A stretch of 64,000 nt of DNA, from assembly GCA_905182885.1 (NCBI GenBank), contig CAJJCW010000001.1, forward strand, positions 155,282-219,281, read 5' to 3'. Made by a program: the position numbers and the translations under genes. The notes beneath the pieces were generated by a model that ran no database searches, was not told the DNA's origin, and was given only the letters and a program-made list of their open reading frames with translations. Numbering within the stretch: the first letter of the stretch is position 1; each line of letters starts with the position of its first letter. Positions 22,639 to 31,872 of this stretch are shown in pieces. The DNA comes from SAR86 cluster bacterium SAR86B. GTDB taxonomy: Bacteria; Pseudomonadota; Gammaproteobacteria; Magnimaribacterales; D2472.

Positions 22639-23154
22639 ATGTTAAAAGTTAAGAAAAAAAAATTATTAGTCATATCTTTTTTATTACTAATATCTTCAAT
22701 TCAAACCATTGGGCAGGATCTAAATTCTAACCCTTGTATCTCAAGCAACCCCGAGCTCGGAGACTCAGCCTTTTGGGCTAATAGCTCTATTGAACTCTTT
22801 GCCCAAAAAAAATATGAAGATGCTATTCAGTTGGTAGATGCTTGTTTTAACCAATGGGCTCCAGCAGCAGTGGAGCTTCAAAAAACTTTACATAAACAAA
22901 ATATCAAACTACCACCCTTTGGAGCAGTAACAAGAAGAGAAAAAGAAAAGATTCACCAAAACTATTTAATTAACGACGTCTCGATTGCTCTTTGGGTTAA
23001 AGCTGTTTCATTAGAAGCTTTGGGGGAAATTGAATATTCTAAAAAAATATATTCATATTGCATCTTTTTAACACACGGCCGTGCCTGGGATCCACAAGGA
23101 TGGTTTTGGAAGCCGTCAGATGATTGTGCTAATAGAGGTAGAAAGCTCTTGTAA
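22639..23154 (+). CDS. Secreted hypothetical protein, helical/TPR-like, with C-terminal AWDPQGWFWKP motif
   Basis: Basic plus hydrophobic signal peptide without lipobox; 4 Cys; ATG at 22639 preferred to GTG at 22633 because of the promoter position. Confidence 0.8.
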   Translation: MLKVKKKKLLVISFLLLISSIQTIGQDLNSNPCISSNPELGDSAFWANSSIELFAQKKYEDAIQLVDACFNQWAPAAVELQKTLHKQNIKLPPFGAVTRREKEKIHQNYLINDVSIALWVKAVSLEALGEIEYSKKIYSYCIFLTHGRAWDPQGWFWKPSDDCANRGRKLL

Positions 23155-23306
23155 AAAATATGTGTTTTAAGAATGTCTATTGAATATATATAAAAAGTAT
23201 CTATACAAATTGCACCAAAGGTGTTAATTTTTGCACAAGAAAAAGTAATTAAACTTAATTTAGTTACAAAATTTAAATAAAAAATTAAATATCGGGGGAT
23301 ATCTTA

Positions 23307-26013
23307 ATGAAAATAATAAAAAATACTTTTAATACCCTATGCTCAGTTGCATTGCTATTTACAGCATTTGCAGTTGTTGCTCAGGATAATAAAGAGGCGG
23401 TTGAAGAAGTTGTTGTTACTGGTTCATACCTTAAAGGCAGTGCTACTGATGGAGCTTCTCCAGTGTCGATCATCGGTAGAGATACTATTGAGGACTTGGG
23501 AGCTACAACTACTGCAGATATAATAAGAAATCTATCTGTTGACTCAGGATCTGAAAATAATCCAGACTCATTTACAGCAGGTTCTACACAAGGAACTTCA
23601 AATGTAAACCTTAGAGGTCTTGGTCTATCATCAACATTGGTGTTAGTTGACGGTCGAAGACAAACTATTGCTGCTGGTACTTCTAATGACGGAGCTGTTT
23701 TTGTTGATACTAATATGATTCCAACAATTGCCACTGAAAGAGTTGAAGTTCTTAAAGAAGGTGCTGCTTCTATATACGGCTCAGATGCTGTTGCAGGTGT
23801 TGTTAACTTTATTCTAAGAAGAGACTTTGACGGTGTCGAGTTTAACTTATCTCAACAAAATACTGATATGGGTAACCAAACTGATGACTATATGGGTGTT
23901 ATCGCAGGTAAACAAATGGGAAATACCAATCTTGTTTTAGCATACAGCCAATTAGATAGATCTCCTTTAGCGGGAACAGAATTAGCAGAATATTCTGAAT
24001 TAGCAGTAAGTGGACTTGGTAATAGCTTCTTGATTTTACTCCGGTGGAGCAAGCCCTTTCACGACAGTTAATAGTGGGCCTTATGCGGGTACATATAATA
24101 TTTACGAATCAATTCCTGATGCGAACTGTGTCTGCTAATAAAGGTGTTTTATTACCTCAAGCTGCTCCAGCTCCTGGGCTTAGTGGCGGAACAAGGTGTG
24201 GTTTTTATTATGGTGACAGATTTAATCTTAGTTAATACTGAAGATCATTCAAGTGTCTATCTTTCATCAAAAACATCTTTTGATAATGGTGTAAATTTTG
24301 AATTTGATTACATGGCAACTGACATCGATGTGCTTGATAATCCTCAATCACCTTCATACCCTGCATTATCTTACCTAGGTAAGCCAATCATGCCCGGTGT
24401 TGCAGGAAGTCCTTTTTCATATCCTATCTTATGGCTAGGAAGAGCCTTAGGTTCTGCATACGAGTCTCCAAATGCTCCAAGACAAAACACAAATGAAAGA
24501 ATTTCATTTGGTCTAAATGGAACACTGTCGAGTGGTCATGACTGGGATATTCATTTTACTGACAGTGAGCAAGTTCACTCATACTTCCAACCTGACACAA
24601 GCACATCAAGATTTAATGCAGCTATTAACGGTGTTGGTGGTGTTAGTGGAACAGAAACATGGAATCTATTTGATTCTTCAGCTAACTCAAGCTCATTAAT
24701 CTGCTCATATTTCTTCTGGGGAAGAAAGAACAACCGTTGCTGATTTGATGGTTTTAGATTTCCTAGTATCTGGAACTACAAAACGCGGGGTTGATTTTGC
24801 TACTGGCCTTCAAATGAAAAAAGAAGGTTACAGCGTAGTCTAGAAATGATGCATCTAAGGCTGTTTTTGGTCCTGATGGAAGTATTACTCAGCAATCAGA
24901 TCTAATGTTCCTTAGGTGGTGGTTTAGAGAAGTGAAAAACTCTAGAAATTCAACTGCATTATTTGTTGAAGCATCTAAAGATATGAGTGATAAGCTCCAA
25001 GTTATAGGTGCATTGAGATATGAAAGTCTTGACAGCAGAGTCAACATTTAATCCTAAGGTTTCTATGAGATATCAAATGTCTGATAATCTTGTATTAAGA
25101 GGTTCTTACAGTACTTCGTTTAGAGAAGCCTCTCTATCTCAGCTGATCAACTTCTCTTAGTTTCACTTCAGGGTCTTCAAGACTTTAATCCTGATGGATC
25201 GGCTAAAGGTTCAACAGCCTTTATTAGAGTTGCTGTTGCTCATAATCCTGACTTAATACCAGAAACTTCTAACAATACTAACTTTGGAGCTAGTATGGAC
25301 ACCTAATGATCAAACTTCTCTTATCTGTTGATTACTGGGATATTGCTTATGAAGACGTTATTACTATTGAAAATGCTCAAGGTAAGATTGTTGCAAATCC
25401 ATCTGATCCTGATATTAAAAGACTTCATGGCGGTTCTTGCAGGTGTTACAACTCAGTTACCTTAATGCAGAAAATGTAGATGCAAGTGGTCTTGATATTT
25501 CGAAGGTTCAGTATAACTTTGACACTGCATGGGGTGAGGCTTCTGTTGGTTTTGAAACAGCTCGTATGATGAGTTATGAAATACCAAATGGTAGAGGCGG
25601 CATGAAAGATGTTGTTGGATTATTTAACCATGACAACTTTGCAAGATCTATGCCTGAAACTAAATCAGTTATTTCAGCTAAATTGTCTAATGGCGACCAT
25701 AACTTTGCTGCCTTTATCAGAATGATTTCTGAATATGAGACAACTATAGAGCTCTTGATGCTGGCTTGCTACCTGCATGCTGGATTTACATCAAGATGTT
25801 GATAGCTTTACTGACTGTTGGACCTGTAGAGTATTCTTATGATTACGGAAGTGTGCTAACTAGCAATGTTAAACTGTCAGCAGGTATCAATAATGCTACT
25901 GATGAAGCAGCTCCAATTGTTTATGGGATGCTGCTAACTTTAGTTATGATCCGAAACATCATGACCCAAGAGGTCAGATGGTTTATCTTGGAGTATAAAG
26001 ATATCTAAGATAA
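23307..26013 (+). CDS. TonB-dependent receptor, interrupted by at least 15 apparent frameshifts after ~24040 (probably artefactual; pseudogene not excluded); 3' end approximate
   Basis: Signal peptide, TonB box EEVVVTGS, plug motifs NLRGLG, TLVLVDGRR, SIYGSDAVAGVVNFIL; barrel motifs recoverable by changing frame (GALRYE, FNPKVS, LRGSYSTSFREASL, NPDLIPETS, YDPKHHDPRGQMVYLG). Confidence 0.88.
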
Positions 26014-26034
26014 TCTATCTTTAATTTGAATTAT

Positions 26035-26062
26035 AAAGGCAGCTTTTAAGCTGCCTTTTTTT
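26035..26062 (+). terminator. Intrinsic terminator after the TonB-dependent receptor
   Basis: AAAGGCAGCT-TTTA-AGCTGCC followed by T7. Confidence 0.92.
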
Positions 26063-26094
26063 ATGTTGACTTAGTATTATTTATCATAAATATA

Positions 26095-26123
26095 TGGACA
26101 TATAACAGTTTGCTCATTAAACT
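26095..26123 (+). promoter_or_regulatory. Putative sigma70 promoter of rpsT
   Basis: TGGACA-17 nt-TAAACT followed by ACGCAC discriminator. Confidence 0.55.
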
Positions 26124-26147
26124 ACGCACTCTAAAATTAAAACTATT

Positions 26148-26411
26148 ATGGCTAACTCAAAACAATCAATAAAAAGAGCAAAACAAAACGCTGAGACATA
26201 TAAACTCAGACACGCTCAAAGATCAATGGTAAGAACTGCTGTTAAAGCTGTTCGCGCAAGCATTGATGAAAATGACTCCGTGAAAGCTAAAGAAGCACTA
26301 ACAAAAGCTGAAAAAGTCCTAGACTCTTCTGCTTCAAAGAAAGTGATTCATAAAAATGCTGCTGCCAGAACTAAAAGCAGACTTTCAAAAGCTGTTAAAG
26401 ACCTAGGTTAA
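26148..26411 (+). CDS. rpsT: 30S ribosomal protein S20
   Basis: MANSKQSIKRA, IHKNAAARTKSRL. Confidence 0.97.
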   Translation: MANSKQSIKRAKQNAETYKLRHAQRSMVRTAVKAVRASIDENDSVKAKEALTKAEKVLDSSASKKVIHKNAAARTKSRLSKAVKDLG

Positions 26412-27425
26412 ATCTAATTTACTTTGTGAAATAACTTCTTCAAGTGATTGAAGAAGCTTTTGCGTGCCCTCTCCTGTTGCAGCAGATATAAAGAATATAT
26501 CTTTCTCAGATATATTTAGAGCGTCTTGAATGTCCTTAGAGTGGCTCATACGATCCTCTTCATTGATGAGGTCTATTTTATTACAAACAACCCAAGAAAC
26601 TTTCTGCGTTAAGTCTTCTTTATAAGCACTTAGTTCATTTTTAAGAAGTCTTATTTGATCTATAGGCTCTAAGTCATCTGATGAGTAGAGGTCTACGAAT
26701 ATCAAAAGTAAGCCTGTTCTTGAGATATGTTGTAAAAATTTTATACCTAGTCCTGCGCCCTCAGAAGCTCCTTCAATCAATCCTGGTATGTCTGCTATAA
26801 CAAAGCTTGATTCAGACCCTTCAATAGTTCCTAGATGAGGTCTAAGCGTTGTGAATGGGTAGCTACCTATCTTTGGTTTAGCTGATGAGACCTTATTTAA
26901 AAAAGTAGATTTTCCTGCATTAGGAAATCCTACCAAACCAACATCAGCTAAAGATTTTAGCTCAAGTCTTATAAAACGAACCTCACCTTCGAAGCCAAGT
27001 GTAAATTTTCTAGGTGCTTGATTTCTACTTGATTTAAAACGAGCATTACCTTGGCCGCCATCTCCGCCTTTAGCCAGAACGTAGGAAGTGCCATCATCGC
27101 AACAATCTAATAACTCATCATTAGATATATCATCGTAAATTACTGTACCTTTAGGTATATCTATTATTAAATCTTCTGCAGCTGCTCCAGATTTATCTTT
27201 ACCTGATCCGGGTCTGCCATTTTTAGCAATGAAAACTCTTTGATTTTGAAAATCAATTAATGTATTTTTGTTTCTATTAACTCTAAAGACAATATTGGCA
27301 CCTTTTCCACCATCCCCTCCATCCGGTCCACCAAAAGGTATAAACTTTTCTCTACGAAAGCTGGATGCTCCGGCACCACCATTCCCTGCCCTAACTTCGA
27401 GAAAGGCCTCGTCTATAAAATTCAT
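26403..27425 (-). CDS. obgE: GTPase ObgE/CgtA
   Basis: FRREKFIPFGGPDGGDGG, GFPNAGKST, YPFTTL, DIPGLIEGA, NKID. Confidence 0.98.
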   Translation of the reverse strand: MNFIDEAFLEVRAGNGGAGASSFRREKFIPFGGPDGGDGGKGANIVFRVNRNKNTLIDFQNQRVFIAKNGRPGSGKDKSGAAAEDLIIDIPKGTVIYDDISNDELLDCCDDGTSYVLAKGGDGGQGNARFKSSRNQAPRKFTLGFEGEVRFIRLELKSLADVGLVGFPNAGKSTFLNKVSSAKPKIGSYPFTTLRPHLGTIEGSESSFVIADIPGLIEGASEGAGLGIKFLQHISRTGLLLIFVDLYSSDDLEPIDQIRLLKNELSAYKEDLTQKVSWVVCNKIDLINEEDRMSHSKDIQDALNISEKDIFFISAATGEGTQKLLQSLEEVISQSKLDLT

Positions 27426-27440
27426 GATTTAAAAGCGTCG

Positions 27441-27698
27441 TTATTGAGAAATAACGTTCGCTGTTTTTCTGCTTTTAGGTCCTTTATAAGTAAACTGAAC
27501 TACACCAGGAGCCTTAGCAAATAGCGTGTCATCTTTACCTTTACCAACATTAATACCTGGATGAGTATTAGTACCTCTTTGACGTATTAATATCTCACCA
27601 GCTTTAACTATTTGTCCACCGTATCTTTTAACACCAAGCCTCTTGGCGTTGGAATCTCTACCGTTTTTAGTGGAACCACCTGCTTTCTTATGTGCCAT
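27441..27698 (-). CDS. rpmA: 50S ribosomal protein L27
   Basis: [16 protein letters not shown]. Confidence 0.98.
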   Translation of the reverse strand: MAHKKAGGSTKNGRDSNAKRLGVKRYGGQIVKAGEILIRQRGTNTHPGINVGKGKDDTLFAKAPGVVQFTYKGPKSRKTANVISQ

Positions 27699-28018
27699 TA
27701 TTTACTCGCTAATTTAATATCTTTGATTTCAACTTGAGAATGCCTAGCTCTGTGACCGATTCTTGTCATGCTATGCTTTCTTCTTCTAAAACGAAGAATG
27801 GAAATTTTATCAGATTTAACAACGTCAAGAACCTCAGCGGTAACTGTTACGTTGGGTAGATAAGGTTGACCAATCTCAACATTATTATCGTCAACGTATA
27901 ACAATACGTTTTCAAAAGTTATTTTTGTTCCAGGCTCGTCTTTCAATAAGTCGACAGGTAAGTACATACCCTTCTCGATTTTATGTTGTTTTCCACCTGA
28001 TTCTATTACTGCGTACAT
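27698..28018 (-). CDS. rplU: 50S ribosomal protein L21
   Basis: [20 protein letters not shown]. Confidence 0.97.
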   Translation of the reverse strand: MYAVIESGGKQHKIEKGMYLPVDLLKDEPGTKITFENVLLYVDDNNVEIGQPYLPNVTVTAEVLDVVKSDKISILRFRRRKHSMTRIGHRARHSQVEIKDIKLASK

Positions 28019-28041
28019 ATTTATATCCCTAAAGGTGGCAA

Positions 28042-28070
28042 AATATACGCTTTAATGAAGAATTTATCAA
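28042..28070 (-). promoter_or_regulatory. Putative sigma70 promoter of rplU-rpmA-obgE
   Basis: Minus strand TTGATA-17 nt-TATATT followed by TTGCCACC. Confidence 0.6.
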
Positions 28071-28107
28071 TACTTATGTATAATTTTGCTTTAATTATTA
28101 TCCAATC

Positions 28108-29058
28108 ATGACAAAACATTCAATACAAAAAGAACTTACTGTTGTAAAAAATCTAATTAAAAATGAGATTATTGAAGAAAAGACTATTTCAGATCTTTAT
28201 AAATATATCTTCAAATCAGATGGCAAGCATTTAAGAGCGAGGTTAAGCCTAGTTGCTTCGTCCATAAACAGAAGGAAAGGAAAGAAGAGATTAAAGTTAG
28301 CTGCAATTATTGAACTCCTTCATACAGCGACATTAGTTCATGATGATGTAGTAGACGAATCACCCACTAGAAGAGGAAAAAAATCAGTTAATAATATATG
28401 GTCAAATTCCCACGGCGTTTTAATAGGTGATTATATTTACTCAAAGGCTTTTATATTAATGGTCGAGCTTGGAAATAATAAGATATTAGATGAGCTTTCA
28501 AAAGCGACGAATGACATTTCAAAAGGCGAGCTAATTCAGCTCGATGCAATAAGTAATAAAGAAATCTCATTAAAAAACTTAGAAGATATTAGTTATTACA
28601 AAACAGGAAGGTTATTTGAAGCTGCAGCAAAATGTGGAGCTATCCTTGCAGATGCTGATCCTAAATATATAAAAAATATTACAAATTGTTCAAAAAATTT
28701 AGGAATAGTATTTCAGATAAAAGATGATTTGTTGGATTATTCAGAAAATGGGGCTCTCATTGGTAAGCCAGTTTTTCAAGATCTTAAAGAAGGAAAGGTT
28801 ACCTACCCTTTCTATTTTGCGAATAAAAATGCCAATGACTCAGAAAAAATAAAACTTGAATCTTTTTTAGGTAAAAAAAATATTAATCAAAAAACTGTAT
28901 TTAAATTAATTAACGATCTTAATGGAATTGGAGAAACTGAAAAGCTAGCTTTGCAGTATTTAGGAGAGGCTGCAAAGGCTGCAAATTTAATTGAAGATAA
29001 AAATATCAGCAAAGAAATGATAGAATTAGTCAATTCAGCAATGTACAGGAAGAAATGA
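28108..29058 (+). CDS. ispB: Octaprenyl/polyprenyl diphosphate synthase
   Basis: [33 protein letters not shown]; divergent from rplU. Confidence 0.92.
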   Translation: MTKHSIQKELTVVKNLIKNEIIEEKTISDLYKYIFKSDGKHLRARLSLVASSINRRKGKKRLKLAAIIELLHTATLVHDDVVDESPTRRGKKSVNNIWSNSHGVLIGDYIYSKAFILMVELGNNKILDELSKATNDISKGELIQLDAISNKEISLKNLEDISYYKTGRLFEAAAKCGAILADADPKYIKNITNCSKNLGIVFQIKDDLLDYSENGALIGKPVFQDLKEGKVTYPFYFANKNANDSEKIKLESFLGKKNINQKTVFKLINDLNGIGETEKLALQYLGEAAKAANLIEDKNISKEMIELVNSAMYRKK

Positions 29059-29579
29059 GCTTCAAACCGCAGAAAAGCTATTCAAAACAAGAGTTAATTG
29101 AATGTTCAAACGGAAATCTCTTTATTAATGAGGGAGATGGAAGGTTGCCAGCAGATGAAATGCTAATGTTTGATGAAATTTCTAATATTGATAATTTTGG
29201 TGGTGAGTTTCAAAAAGGAAATATCACAGCAATTTTAAATATAAATCCTGATTTATGGTTTTTTGATTGCCATTTCAAAAAAGACCCTGTCATGCCTGGT
29301 TGCTTAGGGCTTGATGCTATGTGGCAACTTTTAGGATTTTATCTTTTATGGTCAGGCCTTCCAGGTATTGGAAGAGCCTTAGGTGCAGAAAAAATTAAAT
29401 TCTCTGGACAGGTACTTCCTTCTGCAAAAATAGTTAGGTATGAAATAGATATTAAAAGAATAATTAATCGCGGAGCTGTTCTTGGTGTTGCTAATGGTAA
29501 AATGTTTGTTGATGATAAAGAAATTTATAATGCTGAAAAACTTAAAGTAGGCTTATTTAAAGATCCGAGTAATTTCTAA
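29055..29579 (+). CDS. fabA: 3-hydroxydecanoyl-ACP dehydratase/isomerase
   Basis: [29 protein letters not shown]. Confidence 0.97.
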   Translation: MSFKPQKSYSKQELIECSNGNLFINEGDGRLPADEMLMFDEISNIDNFGGEFQKGNITAILNINPDLWFFDCHFKKDPVMPGCLGLDAMWQLLGFYLLWSGLPGIGRALGAEKIKFSGQVLPSAKIVRYEIDIKRIINRGAVLGVANGKMFVDDKEIYNAEKLKVGLFKDPSNF

Positions 29580-30802
29580 TGAAAAATGTAGTCGTAACTG
29601 GTGTTGGAATTAAATCTTGTATAGGCAATACCTATGATGAAGTTCTTAAAAGTCTTCAAGATGGTAGGTCAGGTATAACTGCAAATCAATCTTATGCTGA
29701 TATGGGCTTTAGAAGTCAAATATCTGGTTCTATTAATCTGGATTATTCAGAACTAATTGATAGAAAATTGTTAAGGTTTATGGGTGAAGCTTCAGCATAT
29801 TCTTATCTAGCAGCAAAGGATGCTATAAAAATGTCTGGTCTTGAGGAAGAGTATCTTAATTCACCAAGAGTGGGAATAGTTGCTGGCTCTGGAGGCTCAT
29901 CAACAAGAGTCATGCTATCTACTTCAGATATTACTAGAGAGAAAGGGCCAAAACGAATTGGGCCATATGCAGTTACCAAATCGATGGCAAGCTCTATTTC
30001 AGCAATCCTAGGAACAGCTTTTAAATTAAAAGGAATAAACTATTCTATATCCTCAGCCTGTGCTACTAGTGCCCACTGTATTGGACATGGAGCAGATTTA
30101 ATAAGGTCAGGACAACAAGATATTATTATTGCAGGCGGAGGAGAAGATGAGCACTGGAGTTCTTCAAATTTATTTGATGCCATGGGAGCTCTCTCTTCAA
30201 AATTTAATGAGACACCAACAATTGCATCTAGGCCGTATGACAAAAATAGAGATGGTTTTGTTATAGCTGGAGGGTCAGGAATTCTAATTTTAGAAGAAGA
30301 GGAGCATGCTAAAAAAAGGAATGCGAATATCTTAGCTAAGCTTTCTGGATATTTTGCCACTTCTGATGGTTACGACATGGTTGCCCCATCTGGAGAAGGA
30401 GCTCTGAGATGTATGCAAGGGGCACTAGATATTTACGGGTCTTCAGTTGACTACATTAATACTCATGGAACAAGCACACCTGTCGGTGACATTGCTGAAC
30501 TTAATGCAATCAAAGAGTTATTTGCTAATGAATGCCCAATCATCAGCTCTACTAAGTCGATGACTGGTCACTCGCTTGGAGCGACAGGAGCTCAAGAAGC
30601 TATATATTCGATAATGATGCTTAACGAAGGTTTTATAGCTCCTAATATCAATTCAGAAGAGTTATGTGAAGAAGCGAAAGGTATTAATATTAATACTGAA
30701 ACAATATCAAAAAATATAACCTCTGTAATGAGTAACTCATTTGGATTTGGCGGAACTAACGCCAGTTTGGTATTGAGTAAGAGATTAGTAAAGTTTGAAT
30801 AA
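29579..30802 (+). CDS. fabB: Beta-ketoacyl-ACP synthase I
   Basis: SISSACATSAHCIG, HGTSTPVGD, TGHSLGA, SNSFGFGGTN. Confidence 0.96.
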   Translation: MKNVVVTGVGIKSCIGNTYDEVLKSLQDGRSGITANQSYADMGFRSQISGSINLDYSELIDRKLLRFMGEASAYSYLAAKDAIKMSGLEEEYLNSPRVGIVAGSGGSSTRVMLSTSDITREKGPKRIGPYAVTKSMASSISAILGTAFKLKGINYSISSACATSAHCIGHGADLIRSGQQDIIIAGGGEDEHWSSSNLFDAMGALSSKFNETPTIASRPYDKNRDGFVIAGGSGILILEEEEHAKKRNANILAKLSGYFATSDGYDMVAPSGEGALRCMQGALDIYGSSVDYINTHGTSTPVGDIAELNAIKELFANECPIISSTKSMTGHSLGATGAQEAIYSIMMLNEGFIAPNINSEELCEEAKGININTETISKNITSVMSNSFGFGGTNASLVLSKRLVKFE

Positions 30803-31864
30803 AGCTTCTTTGGTATAAGGAATAACATCCTCCAGTCTTCCCTCTTTCATCTTAATTACCCATTCAGGGTCTGATATAAGAGCTCTGCCAACGGCAACCA
30901 TATCGTATTTACTATTATTAATATCTTCAATGGCTTTATTGATATTTGTAGGTGATGCAGGTGCACTCATATCAATGAATTCAGAGTCAAGACCGACACT
31001 TCCAACACTAATAGTTGGTAATCCTAAAAGTTTTTTTGTCCAGTAAGCTAAATTTTCTTCCGATCCGCTAAATTCACTATCCCAAAATCTTCTCATACTT
31101 GAATGAAGGTAATCAAGTCCAGCTTCCGTAGGAAGAGTAAGTACTTTTTTGAGCTCTTCAGGGGTGGAGGCTAATTTTGCTTCATAGTCTTGCTGCTTCC
31201 ATTGGGAGAATCTCAGTCCAACAATAAAATTACTGCTTACTTCTGATCTTATAGCTTTCACAATTTCAGTTGCCAATTGAGACCTTTCTTCAGTGGATCC
31301 TCCATACATATCCTTTCTTACATTTGTGCCATGCCAAAAGAAGTTATCAATTAGATATCCATGAGCGCCATGGATTTCTACTCCATCGAAACCAATTTCT
31401 TCACAAAACTTAGCATCAGAAGCAAAAGCTTGAACAGTCTCATTGATATCTTGAATGGTCATTTCATGAGCCACTTTTTTTCCAGGTCTTACAAGACCCG
31501 AGGCTGTATGACCAGGAATTTCTGGCTCTGGGGCCATGCCTAATTTTCTAAAGCCGCCGCAATGCCATAGTTGAGCCACCACTGCGCCATCGTGTTTCTT
31601 AATACCACTTACAACTTTCTTCCAAGCGCCTCTTGCTTCCTCACTATCTAGCCTAGGAACGTCAGGGTAAGCGCTAGAAGCTTTATGGCTAACTTCTATG
31701 CCTTCAGTGATGATAAGGCCAACTTCAGCCTTAGCTCTTCTTTCGTAATAATCAATGACAGCTTGAGTTGGAACTCCTCCAGGGGACATGCTCCTGGTCA
31801 TTGGAGCCATAACAATTCTATTTCTTAAAGTAGTATTTTTAAGCTTATATGGATTGAATAACAT
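30785..31864 (-). CDS. NADH:flavin oxidoreductase (Old Yellow Enzyme family)
   Basis: NRIVMAPMTR, QLWHCG, EIHGAHGYLIDNF, AVGRALISDP. Confidence 0.93.
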   Translation of the reverse strand: MLFNPYKLKNTTLRNRIVMAPMTRSMSPGGVPTQAVIDYYERRAKAEVGLIITEGIEVSHKASSAYPDVPRLDSEEARGAWKKVVSGIKKHDGAVVAQLWHCGGFRKLGMAPEPEIPGHTASGLVRPGKKVAHEMTIQDINETVQAFASDAKFCEEIGFDGVEIHGAHGYLIDNFFWHGTNVRKDMYGGSTEERSQLATEIVKAIRSEVSSNFIVGLRFSQWKQQDYEAKLASTPEELKKVLTLPTEAGLDYLHSSMRRFWDSEFSGSEENLAYWTKKLLGLPTISVGSVGLDSEFIDMSAPASPTNINKAIEDINNSKYDMVAVGRALISDPEWVIKMKEGRLEDVIPYTKEALFKLY

Positions 31865-31872
31865 AATTGTAA

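Noticed and set aside
23218-23236. Sigma54-like GG...TTGC upstream of the TBDR
   Set aside because: GG to GC spacing is 11 nt rather than the required 10, and the TGGCAC context is missing
22580-26147. Integrative element or prophage at the tmRNA 3' end
   Set aside because: No integrase or phage gene, and I found no duplicated ssrA 3' end before rpsT
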